Source: Lama guanicoe (lineage: Eukaryota). Taken from it: a stretch of DNA of 64,000 bases. The stretch is from positions 300,132 to 364,131 of the forward strand of contig MU053911.1 of NCBI GenBank assembly GCA_013239625.1, read 5' to 3'. Each line of letters begins with the position of its first letter. Position 1 is the stretch's first letter. The position numbers and the translations under genes were made by a program. Below, piece by piece: positions 52,333-63,233 of this stretch. Below the pieces are notes generated by a model that was not told where the DNA came from, made no database searches, and saw nothing but the letters and a program-made list of their open reading frames with translations.

Positions 52333-53690
52333 CTATGAGGTATATCAGAAGATAATTATTTTTAATTTATAGTGTAGGATTTTAGAGTAAAGAAGTTGAA
52401 AACCCAATGTTCTAAAATGAAAAAAATGAAATGGGTCACTGAGCCATTGTTAAGATACATATTTCATGAACAAAAATTCACATAGCATCAATCGTGTGCC
52501 AGGTACCATGGGATGACAAATTTGGGTAAAGGTCAATAAATAAGTCTGGGATTCATGACATTTAATGAGATATCAGCTTCATAAACACATTTATAACAGA
52601 CCCAAATAGTGTGCCATTAATGAGAACAGGGACTTAGTTCTGCTCACTGCTCTACCCCCAACACCTAGACCAGTGCCTTGACACGGACTATATTAGTTCA
52701 AGACATGTTTGTAAAGTTAATTAATCTCATTTGTCACTATGGCAAACCTAGGAGTCCTGACTCATTCATCTGTCCAAGCATCCTTTAGTATGCATAATTT
52801 CTTATTTTAGATTTTCTCCTTCAATAAATTTCATATAAGGCTTGTAGTGGATTTAGACATCTGTAGAGCTACTCTAGCACACATTTCAAATTTAAGCCCA
52901 TTTCTTTACGTTTTCTGTAATTTTTACATTATCTGTAGCCAATATGATATAACAGTAAGTTATAACTGGTATAATTAGTTATGTGCAGAAAATATAACTG
53001 AAATTAAATGTTACTATCATTTCCTCTTGTAGTTCCCTTTCTTAAAAAGATTTAAAAAGTAATCTTACATTTTCAGCATATCATGCTATATGTCGTCAAA
53101 TAAAGAGGAAAAAGAGATGAGAAGGAAGTAGAGGAACAGGAGAAAAGTGAAGGAGAGAAAGTAAATTAAGAGCAAGAAAGAATAATGAAACATGTCATTC
53201 TACACTCTGTACTATAACTGAGCAATGCTTTTCCTGATTTTTATGAGAATCTTGTAAATCAGTCTCTGAGTGCACATCTAGGTGATTTTACCTGTTTCCC
53301 TGAAATGACAGGTTGCTAAGCAGTGAGCTATGTCTAATTCTGTACAAGCAATGACATGGTTACAAAAAGAGAGAGAGAGGAATTTGCAAATACTGAGATA
53401 TCACAGAAATAAGAAGACTCAGTGAATTTTTAGTCTTCCAAAAATGAGTGTAAAGGACTTCAAGAACTTGTATATCAAAGGGGCCAAAAAGGCCGGTGAG
53501 CCACAGGTACTCTGGCCTGACTCTGCAGACAGGTGTGTGCCCCAGCACACGCCCTGAGGACGCTGCCACCTGGGGGCTCTTGAATGTGATCAGCAGAGTT
53601 TTCTGTTGCCGCACTAGAGCTTAATACTGGGTTCTTACAGTATCAATTTACAATTTCTCCTCAAACATACTGTTTCTTCCACTATGTGTG

Positions 53691-53742
53691 TGTGTGTGTG
53701 TATATATATACATATATATATGTATATATATACACACACACA
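53691..53742. repeat. perfect 52-bp purine-pyrimidine palindrome (TG)5(TA)5CA(TA)4TG(TA)5(CA)5
   Basis: Equals its own reverse complement when read base by base. Confidence 0.92.
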
Positions 53743-53964
53743 AATGTACATACACACATCTGCTTGTATATATAAAATAGATGTTTATTTTGACTATTTG
53801 GAAAAATGCTGAGAAGACTGAAAAATAAAGTCACTCATAAGATCATCATTCACAGAAAATCATGTCAACGATATACTGTTTATCTTTTCATTAATTTTCT
53901 GAGATTACTTATCTAAAGTTTAGATAATTACAGAAAAGAAAATCTGACCTACGTTCTAGACCCC

Positions 53965-54160
53965 ATATAGCTAGACCATATACTAGCTATACAGGGCTCT
54001 TTAAATATACATTAAAATTAATTAAATGAAATTTGAAATCAGTTCCTCAGTCACAGCAGCTACACTGTCAAGTGCTCAGTTGCCACGTGTGGCTGGTGAC
54101 CACCACGTTGGGCAGTGCAGATTACAGAGCTTCTCCACGACCAGGGAGGGTTCTGAGCAT
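53965..54160. mobile_element. MER3/MER33-like hAT MITE
   Basis: tcagttcctcagtcacagcagctacac…tcaagtgctcagttgccacgtgtggctggtgaccacc…gggcagtgcaga. Confidence 0.8.
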
Positions 54161-54569
54161 CATTGTTGCAGGCCTACTGTACGTCTACTGCACATACTCC
54201 TTAGTTACTAACTGTTTGCACTTAAAAGTGTACTGAAAGCCTTTCCTTATGATGCTAAATATACATACTATTATATAAAATGGTTTACCTGAATTATCTT
54301 GATAAGCATATATTGTCACACATTGCCCTATTGATTTTTTGTTATTAGCAATAATACTTACCATAAATATATTTTAGAAATATTCCTGCACACAGGACTT
54401 TAATGAGTGTCTTAAAACGCCAAGACAGACATAGATACTGTCATGTGAGCAGCCGCAGTCATTCACACCACACTCTCTATGGACCCTCTTCAATCTCAAG
54501 TTGCATTTTAGATTTACATGGTAGTTTACAGGAGTTTATAGTGAAACAGTATCTATTTTTTGCACACAT

Positions 54570-54755
54570 GATTAAAAATAAATATTTTCTTTTTTTGCTA
54601 AAAATCCAGAGAATTGCAGAGTTGTCTAAGTTTCTGAAAAGGTACATCGGCGATCCGACACTTGCCCAGCGCTGCTTCCTTCTGTATGTTAGCGCACTGT
54701 ATTTTATTCAGATTCTTTAGACAAAAGTGGAGTCACCATTAGAAGTCTATCTGAT
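54570..54755 (-). pseudogene. candidate relic exon; 3' boundary approximate
   Basis: Acceptor catttcctgcAG. AALGKCRIADVPFQKLRQLCNSLDF*Q, where the TAG sits at the invariant RGS Trp (TGG) position. Confidence 0.45.
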
Positions 54756-54807
54756 CTGCAGGAAATGCCTGCTACTTTAGAGGTGAACTAGTCAAGATTC
54801 CCCTTCC

Positions 54808-55430
54808 ATTTTTTTCTATTGAAGTATAGTCAGTTATAATGTATCAATTTCTGGTGCAAAGCATCATGTCTCAGCCACCCATATACACACAGATATTTGT
54901 TTTCATAGTCTTTTTCATTATAGCTTATTACAAGATATGGAATATACTTTCTTGTGCTATACAGAAGAAACTAGTTTTTTTAATCTATTTTAAACACAGT
55001 AGTTAGTATCTGCATATCTCGAACTCTCAATTTATCCCTTCCCACTCCCTTTCTCCCCAGTAACCATAAGTTCGCTTACTATGTCTATGAGTCTGTTTCT
55101 GTTTTGTAGATGAGTTCATTAGTGTCTTCTTTTTCTTCTTCTTTCTTAGATTCCACATACGAGTGATAGCATATGATATTTTTCTTTCTCTTTCTGACTT
55201 CACTTAGAATGACAATCCTCTGGTCGTTCCATGTTGCTGCAAATGGCATTATTTTATTCTTTTTTATGGCTGAGTAATATTTCTTTGTATAAGTATACCA
55301 CAGCTTCTTTATCCAGTAAAGGATATCTGTTGACATTTAGGTTGTTTCCATGTCTTGGCTATTGTAAATAGTGCTGCTGTGAACGTTGGGTGCATGTATC
55401 TTTTCCAATTATCCTGGATCATATGGTAAG
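54808..55430 (-). mobile_element. L1 3' end (ORF2 C-terminus + 3' UTR)
   Basis: Antisense translation WIKKLWYTYTKKYYSAIKKNKIMPFAATW and artiodactyl-type 3' UTR. Confidence 0.92.
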
Positions 55431-55857
55431 TCTATTTCCTTTGAATTTGTCACAGTTTAAACTACGCCTGCATTCATTCCTTTGAATTGTCTGCTTTGCA
55501 TTATTGATTAAGGAACTGCAGTTTTTACCAAACACACTTATTTTTTTCCTTAGGCTGTGCCCTTGGCCCTGATATCCTTGTGTGTCCAACTCCTTGCTTC
55601 TTGTTTATCTTAACATTTCAGTGTTTAATTTCATTGAGTTTAGAGAAGTTCTTGTTGTTTCATTACAGATCACTCTGTCAGTAAGCTGTGTAATTCACAA
55701 TGTAAATCTTTAAATTTTAAAGAAAAAGAAAAGAAAAATGTTTAAACATTTCAGCATCTAGATAAAATAAATTCGATTTTTTTCTATTAGTAACAATATC
55801 CCAAGATGGTGAAGAAAGTCAGAGCATGTAACAAATGTTGACATGGGCAGAAATTAC

Positions 55858-56085
55858 TCCTTTAAAACAGTGTCTCAGAATTTAAACTTCCTAATCGTTT
55901 CGTGTATTTTTAGCACAAGAAGTCCTGCAGACGCCCTCCCACAGGTTACAGATTTCACTGGGCGCAGCTTGTGTGTTTTGTTTGCAAAACATACAAAGCC
56001 TACATGTCAGCATGGTGTTATATGCATATTTGTTAAGATAATCCTCACTTCGCTTTTTGACAATAACAGTTTTGTGTCCATGCAT
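55858..56085 (-). pseudogene. candidate relic exon (RGS helices 2-4)
   Basis: Acceptor ccctgttctgtgccaAG, donor GTAATT, 228 nt. PVGGRLQDFL/LKIHETIRKFKF*DTV with TGA at the expected Trp. Confidence 0.45.
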
Positions 56086-57329
56086 CTTGGCACAGAACAG
56101 GGTACAATCTTACACTCTCTTCACATGTAAGGCATATAACTTGGACGAGCATTTTGTGTGGTGGTGTTTGCCTTTAGACTGTGTTTGCCAACTTCACAGG
56201 GAGTGACAATGAGTCTTCTATCCATGAAATCTGGGGTGCTGAGTCTCTCACTCACCCCTATGCCCTTAGCACCCACTGTCACCCTGCCCTGTTGCCAGTA
56301 CCAGCAAACAGCTGACTCTCCACGCCCACGACTTTTTTGTAGTCAGAGCTTTCTGTTGTTTGCCGCAACTGGTTGCACCCCTGCTTTCTAGCCTTTCTTA
56401 TCTTCCTGGACTCCAGTCTCCTTTTCTGGTCTCAGCTCTGTTGGAAGGCTCCGCTGGCCCAGCCCCTGCTTAGGTCAGAGGGGGACCTATCCTCACGAGG
56501 ACTTCTCCAGGGTTTGGAAGAGCTTCCTGACTCAGCCAAGGATAGTCCCTGATTCTGTGACTGATGTGTCTCTGGTCCCCCCACCCACTGTCTCTCTAGG
56601 ACAATTGCATTTCAAAACTTTATTTTTCCCTAACAGAGTACCATGGCTAAGTTTATCTGGGGCTATCCCTACAAGCTTGAATTTTAGGAGGCTGGTATTG
56701 GAATTTTATTCCTTCCCATCAAAAAAAAAAAGTGTCCTATTATGATTTGGAGGAGTCATGAATAAAATCTTTTGTGATTCCATTGAAGCTACTGCTTCCA
56801 GAAACATTTGGAATGCAGAAATAGATTCAGGCTGAGAGAGGAGTAGTTGTATCATGTTATTTTAGGAGATTTTCCAATCTGTCTGATCATCAGAGTGATT
56901 TTCTTAAAAAATCAAAGCTTTTAATGTCAGTCCTCTATTGAAACCTAACAGTGGTTTCCTAAGGCCAATAGGTTAAAATCCAAACGCCTTCTCATGTACA
57001 CAAGACCAAACATGCTTTAACTCCTAATTCTCTATATGTCGATTTAGTGCATGAGAAATTTTAAAAAGAGAAAACCACAAGGAATACATCATTTCGTTTC
57101 ATATAATTAAACTGACAATTTTTTTTTCCACAAGCATGTCTTTTATCTGTTGGCTGAGAAGCATCCTCTTCCCTAGGGTTCGCGCTGTTGCTCATACTCT
57201 TGTGATGAAGGAAAATGGAAGAGTACAGTGAAATGGGAAGACGGGGCAATGGAAAGGAACAGCGGGTGTGGCATCTGAATATTTTCTCGGTTCCAACTCT
57301 CAAGTAAAATTGGTGTGTGGTGAAATAGA

Positions 57330-57600
57330 AGTGCAAAAGCGCATCGCAGCGCGAAGACCTGCAGAAGTGCCTCTCCTCCGGCAGCCTCGCACTCGGGGAG
57401 GCGGCGGCGCTCTTGCCCCGACCCCGAGGCGGCCCTCCGGCTCAGGCACCGCCGCGCCCCACGCGCGCCCTGTGGACTGGCGCGGCGCGTCCTCCCACGG
57501 TTTCTCCGAAGGGCTCGATTCTCCCTCTTCAAACATCAAAGGGTAAGACGTGAGCTCTTCATAACGGATGTACGCACACGGTGCTTGCCTGAAATCCCAC
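57330..57600. promoter_or_regulatory. small CpG-rich island within AT-rich DNA
   Basis: Dense CpG (gcgcatcgcagcgcg, ggcggcggcg, ccgccgcgccccacgcgcg) with no recognisable repeat. Confidence 0.55.
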
Positions 57601-58339
57601 ACAAGCCTTCCCCTGGCTGGGGAGGAAGCTGCTCGAAGCTAAGGTCAGTCTGAGAGAACAGACCAGGCGCCCTCCGTGCCCGCAGCACCTGGCTCTGGGC
57701 CACTTCAGCTGAGGCCACACAGCCGTGAACCCTCAAGTTACAGCTTCTTATCTCTCCTGACCTCTAAACTCTTTGGACCGTTTAAACAAAGCCATATAGA
57801 TTATAGGAAGATTATTAAAGAAAGTGAACAATAAGAACATTTAAAAAATGAATTATCTTTTGTAAGGCAGTGTGGTGTGACAGGAAAAAAGCAAGCTTTG
57901 CAATCAGACAGATGTGCGTCCTAGAGCTGTGAAGAATGGCTGTGCAACTTGGGGCAGGTTACTTTATTTTTCCAGGATGTTGGTTTCTCACGTGCAGTTC
58001 TGAAGAGGGTTAGTTATCTAAGATTGCTGTGAAGTAGAAAGCATGAACAGAGCTGCACATGGGCCATAAACGCCCTTAATAAGTTGAAACTGTGATAATT
58101 ATTATAAATTAAGTGCTTTACATTTAATTTTCTTCTCATCTTTGTCAAGAATTCGGGTAGAGTGAGGCATTCTTTGCACAGCCTGTGTGAGGCCACTGAA
58201 GTTTCCTGTTTCCTCTAGATTTCGTCTGAGGAAGTTGTCATCTCTTATGTCAATATTCTAAGAAGGCTGCTGGGTAAGTTGTGTTTTAATAATTCTTTCA
58301 ATAACAGAAGAAACAATGTTTGATAAAATCATAGGATTT

Positions 58340-59950
58340 CTCTTTGATCCTAGACTTTCCACCTCTCTGCTTACATTATCCATCTGCTCTTGCACCTTGT
58401 TTTCTGTAATGGCTACCAGCACAGTAAATGTAGTTTTAAGTTGCTGCTCTAATAATTCCAACTCTTCTCCACATCTGAGTTCAAGTCTGATGACTGCTCT
58501 AGTCTCTTCAAACTCTGGTTTTTACCTTTGAAAATGCCTTCTAATTTCCTATTGAAGGGCAGAAAAATTACAAGGCATACTACAAGGTACTGTAAGCAGA
58601 GATTCGGAAATCTTAAGACAAAAACAATACTATAAAATAAAAACTGTTCTGAGTGAAAAGAAGTGACGTTAGCTCCATCAGTGGTTTCTGGCATTTCTGT
58701 TCCGAGTAAACCGTTCGTCTTTGTGTCTGTCTGTCTCCAGTTTTCAGTGTGGTGGTCTGTCCTGTGACTTCAGTTCTTTGATGGATTTGGAAAAGGTGTT
58801 GGTTTTCAGTTTTCAGCTTCCTCCTTGCTGCGGTGACCTCTAAGCCTCTCGGGCGTGGAACTGGAGACACGTGGCAAACGGCACTGGCGCTTCTGACCCG
58901 CAGCGCTTCTAGGGATTCTCTCCTGACGTCCCAGTCTTCCTGTGTACGTTGTCCATAGGCTCTCGCATGCTGTCTGCTTTTCCCGTGGAAGTCCGCAACA
59001 CGTCAGTCACAGCTGTTTTAGATTCTCTGCCCGATAATTCCAAAATCCGCGCCATGTCTGAGTATGCTTTTGATGATGGCTTCATCTCTTCAGACTGTGG
59101 TTTTCTTTGCCTTTTAGCAAGATTTGTACTTTTTGGTTGAAATCCAGACATGATTTGTTGGGTTGTAGGAACCTAGATAAGTATGTATTTAGTGTGAATA
59201 TTATGTTGATCTAGCTAGGAGCTGGGTGCCAGTTTTTACTGTTTGCTATAGCTTTAGGTGCCAGAAATTTTAAATTCCTCTAATGCCCTTGGTTTTTTTT
59301 TTTTTTTCCCTCCCCTGTTGTCTTTGAGTTTCCGTAAGAACTCATCCTGAGATAGAGCGTGAATTATGCAGCTCTCGGCTGCAATCCCTTGTTCTTACGC
59401 TGCAGCCCTATTGGTATGGTGGTAAAAACTGTAACCTTATATTTACAACTCAGTGTATTAGTGGGTGTATGTCACAAGGCTACGGTCTTCAAAAGTGTTT
59501 TTTAACTTACCTTCCAGGTCCCTAAGAAAGATCGGAAGCCCAAAGGGGGCTAAAGTCAGGAATATGCCCTTCTCCCAAGTGTGGTGGGGCTGTGAAGAGT
59601 CTTCCCCTAGAGAATGTTCTGGGAAACTTCCAGAATGCTTGCTTTTCCCCTTTCACTGTCAGAGCTCTCAGGGTATTTTACTTGGCTCTTGCCGGTAAGA
59701 ATCTGGTGATGTTTCTGGAGACAAAACCTGTGGGGGCTGGAGAACCCCACACACCACACCCCCAAGACTCTCTTCTGCAGGTGTCCTCTCAACTTCCAAC
59801 AATTTGCCAAAGTTACTACTTTTTGGTTCTAGTGAGCTCTTCTTCAGGTGAGCCTGTCTTGGTTGTGACTCCTTGAATTCATCTGTCTCTCCAGATCTGG
59901 GGGTGGCGGTTTTCACTGCGACCTCGCTTCTCTGACCAACACTAGAAAAG
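58340..59950 (-). mobile_element. two old L1M ORF1/5'-region fragments
   Basis: Two similar antisense ORF1-like peptides (ELLEQQLKTT…VQEQMDNVSREVE; LELSGRESKTAV…MREPMDNVHRKT). Confidence 0.7.
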
Positions 59951-60223
59951 GCGCTTTGACTGTTGCTTGTTCTTCCTGAGACTTAGACACTGAACTGTCC
60001 CTTGAGTTCTGTGACGCCGCACAGACTTTTTTTAACACACCCCCTTTTGGATGATCAGTCATAATAGCACTTTCCATCTGCCAGGCACTCACTTTTTGAT
60101 CCCTTTTAATATATCAGTGCATTTGACTCACCTCACCACCTTAAAAGCTAGTTACTATCACGTCTCCATTTTATGGATGAGGAAATTACAGCAGGGTGAT
60201 GTCAAGTAACTCTCCCAAGTTCT

Positions 60224-60722
60224 CGTGGAGGCGGCTGGCATTCTCTGGAGTCATACAACCCCCACCCCGGGCCCTCTGTGTGCCTGGAGCCTACTGACAC
60301 CTTAACCCTCACTCCCCACTGCGGGGCCCTCTGCACATCTGCATTTCTGCTGGACGTAAAGCACCTTCTCTTAATGTGTGTTTGCCCTAACAAAACTCAT
60401 CGCCCAGGAGGACAGCCCTCACATCCTGCCCTCATCGAAGTCGGAAAACCTACTGTTCAGAGAAGTCCTGAGAGATCTTACAACCAGCCAGGTACCTGTG
60501 CATGAACTGATCACGCAGCCCCCTCCTCCTTGTGTGCACAGCCCCCTCCCCCAATAACGGACCTTCTCTGCCCATCCCTGGCACTCACGCAGGCACCTCT
60601 CACCTGTGTGGCCCGCTGGTGCCTATAACAGTGTCCCTATAAAACTTTCCTAAACTCTTTTCGGTCTTTGGTAATTCTTTATCAGCTCACGTCACCCGCC
60701 CTCTGCATTGCGTCTCACAACA
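60224..60722 (+). mobile_element. solo ERVL-class LTR (MER54/MER74-like) inserted in a MIR
   Basis: 5-bp TSD GTTCT (60219-60223, 60723-60727), CA 3' end. MIR (gatgaggaaatt…aagtaactctcccaag / cacagccagtaag) rejoins across it. Confidence 0.75.
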
Positions 60723-62739
60723 GTTCTCACAGCCAGTAAGTTGTGAAGACGTCAAATGAGAGTCAACTGAAGATCTTGCAGGATATGGGATAGATCAGTG
60801 TCCAGTGGAGAACATCTGGAGACAGCTGATGTCCAGGTGGGAAAAGATGAAGGCTTCAGTTCAATTCATAAAATCAATGGTGGTGGAAGGAATAGACCAG
60901 CTTGAAAGACATATTTTAAATGAAACTGAAAAGACCCAGTAACTAGTTGAGTGACTTTCCTGGGCATTGATGAGGCTAGAACTTGATGATAACTCAGACT
61001 TTGTATTCTGGGAACCTGAGTGGATGGTGACATTTTTAACTGATCTCAGAACAATTTTAAATGGAGAGAGAGATAGAAAGAGGTGAAATGAGTTCAGCTC
61101 GAGGCCTGATGTCTTTGAGATCCATTTAAATACCCATAGAGATGTCTACAACCTAGAAGTTTATATTCGTTTCGTAAGATAATTTAAATCTGAAGATGCA
61201 GGCTTCAGAGTCACTACTTAAACTAACTAAATTAGGTTCTTGTTAAACCAAATAAGAGGATGTAATTTTCTAGACAATAAATATATTTAAAAGAGGCGGG
61301 GCGCTTTAAGATAGAAGTTGTATTAACTTCTATTTGCTTAGAAAGATGCACTGATGAAGCCCTCAGAACTGCACTATCTGGGCATAGTGACAACACACAC
61401 ACAACGCGCTCTTCCCGTGTAAAAGGCCTTGTTCTAAGCACTTCACAGGTATTAACAAATTAAATTTTCACAACAACCCAAGAGGGTGTTATTAATTTTT
61501 GTTTTTCTTTTTAAGAACCCTCATATGTCAAAATATTTTTAAATGCATTCTTCCAAGTATCTGCTAAAAATGGATCATAGTTGGCTTCTGGGCTTAAAAC
61601 TCTTAGTCAGTCCAAGTCAGGGGGTTATTAATGGTGGTAGGCCAATCTTGACCTGTTATTGTTTTCTTAAACTTTTAAGATGGAAATCATTGAAGGTATT
61701 TATTACTATCCAAATTAAACAAGTTACTACTACTTTCAGAAGTAAGATCCTAGGAAAAAAATGAACTTAAATTTTAAAGAGTCTGGAAGTGCATTTCTCA
61801 CTTTGTTATATTGAGGAAAGAAATGTTTTATTTTCCAGTCACAGTTTTCCTGTTCTCTCTACCTAGTCCCCAAGAATTTTATCCAGCATGTCAGCCATGC
61901 CCATAATAAAGTCTCCTTGGATATTGTGGGCCCAGGACTGGGGGCTCTGTTATTTATCCAGGAAACTGAATTGCAGGGAGGAAAGAATGTTCACACCTCT
62001 GTACTTCAGGATAAAATCAGGATTAGACCAACTTCTGCCTGGGTTTGGGGAGTTTTGTAGAAGAGAGATACGGGGAAGAATTAGATTAAGGTAGATTTTG
62101 GGTTTTGTTAGAGCTGTCTTAAAAACAGATACTTTTTTGGCCACAAAATGTTGTGAGATTCAATTAAGTTCAGTAGCCCAGATCTGTATAACCCCAACAT
62201 CCATGTTCATTCACTACATCCCTGAGTCAAAAAATACTTCTCATAAATTGGGTTTTGTTGGGGGAGAGGTCTCCAGAGTGAAAGGGAGTTAACAGTTGAT
62301 AAGAATAAAGAAAGTGGGATTTACTTTTGGCGGCTTCTTTACAAAAACTAAGGAAAATGCAAAATACAATATTGAGTCAAAGAAGTGACCCAGAGCAGGG
62401 GGAGGCCATGTGTGGAATCTCCCTTCGTATATTTTGATTCACTCTTTCTGTATACACAAGTCGTCTCCTCGAGGCATCTGAGTATTGTAATGTTGAATTG
62501 TATTATTTCCCCATCATCAAATACAGGCCCACAATATTTTCCAGGTGAGATTCAAAAATTTAGATTTTTTAGACAGATACTGCTGTGCCCATGTTCTCAG
62601 TGTAGTGGATGGAGCATCTTGCAATCAGTATATTACTATGTCTGCACCAAGTCACATGAAGCCACTTTAGGTAGAGGTCAGGTCAGGATTCTACCAAAGG
62701 AGTTCAAGGCAGGACGGTTTCAGACTTGGACTCTGAAAC

Positions 62740-63233
62740 TGATACAGGAAAAAGAACATGGGGCGTGAGGATGGCCATGTCCCAGGTCTTGGATGAGTCC
62801 CTGGGTGTGCCCTGCCAAGTATGGGTCCTTGGTTTCACTCAGGAAAGAATTCAAGAGTGAGCCACAATTGAGTAAAAGTAGATTTATTCAGAGAGATGTA
62901 TACTCCATAGACAGAATGCAGGCAGTGTCAAAGGCAAGAGAAAGGCCACAGGTGTGGGAGTTGGGTATTCAGTTTAAAGTAAAAGTAGATACACACATGC
63001 AGTCTGTCTCACTCAGAAGGGAGAGTGGCCGTGAGGTATGGGGGTTGCTAGTTTTCATGGGTTTGGTAACTTTATATGCTAATAAGTGGGAGGGTTAGTT
63101 TAACTGCTTTGGGAAATGGCTGAGATTCCTAGGAACTGGGCCACCGCCCAGTGTTTGACCTTGATGGTCAGCCTTGAAACTGCCTTCATTCCTGTGGGTG
63201 TGACATTTACCATGTTAATTTTACAATGAGCAT
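62740..63233 (-). mobile_element. ERV1-class LTR, same family as 41363-41996, interrupted by L1
   Basis: Reverse complement shares ctctctgaataaatctac, cttgaattctttcct, ccaaggaccca and cttattagcatat with the 41.4-kb LTR. Confidence 0.88.

Larger units (their letters stand above)
9335..56085 (-). pseudogene. large multi-exon relic of a multi-RGS-domain gene (RGS22/RGSL1-like); may extend to about 62.3 kb or beyond
   Basis: At least 15 minus-strand segments in repeat-free gaps with acceptor and/or donor signals. Translations repeatedly show RGS helix motifs (F..FL…L.FW..V, A..I…Y/FL…P…V.L, Q..V…L…W). Many in-frame stops and frameshifts. Family call is by-eye inference. Confidence 0.62.

Noticed and set aside
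13721..53613. Further weak minus-strand exon candidates (13721-13849, 17196-17320, 21737-21939, 22141-22268, 26986-27074, 31784-31887, 34316-34526, 36982-37177, 53430-53613)
   Set aside because: Each has a plausible splice site or a short RGS-like phrase (e.g. FLSSMWPPFC, CFIPSSIAKSEISLNL, RQKCLSCFL, YWQEV, LIYKFLKS) but too little evidence to list individually without an alignment.
9335..56085. Calling the relic RGS22 or RGSL1 itself
   Set aside because: Similarity is motif-level only, far below orthologue identity, and the apparent domain number differs, so no gene symbol is assigned.
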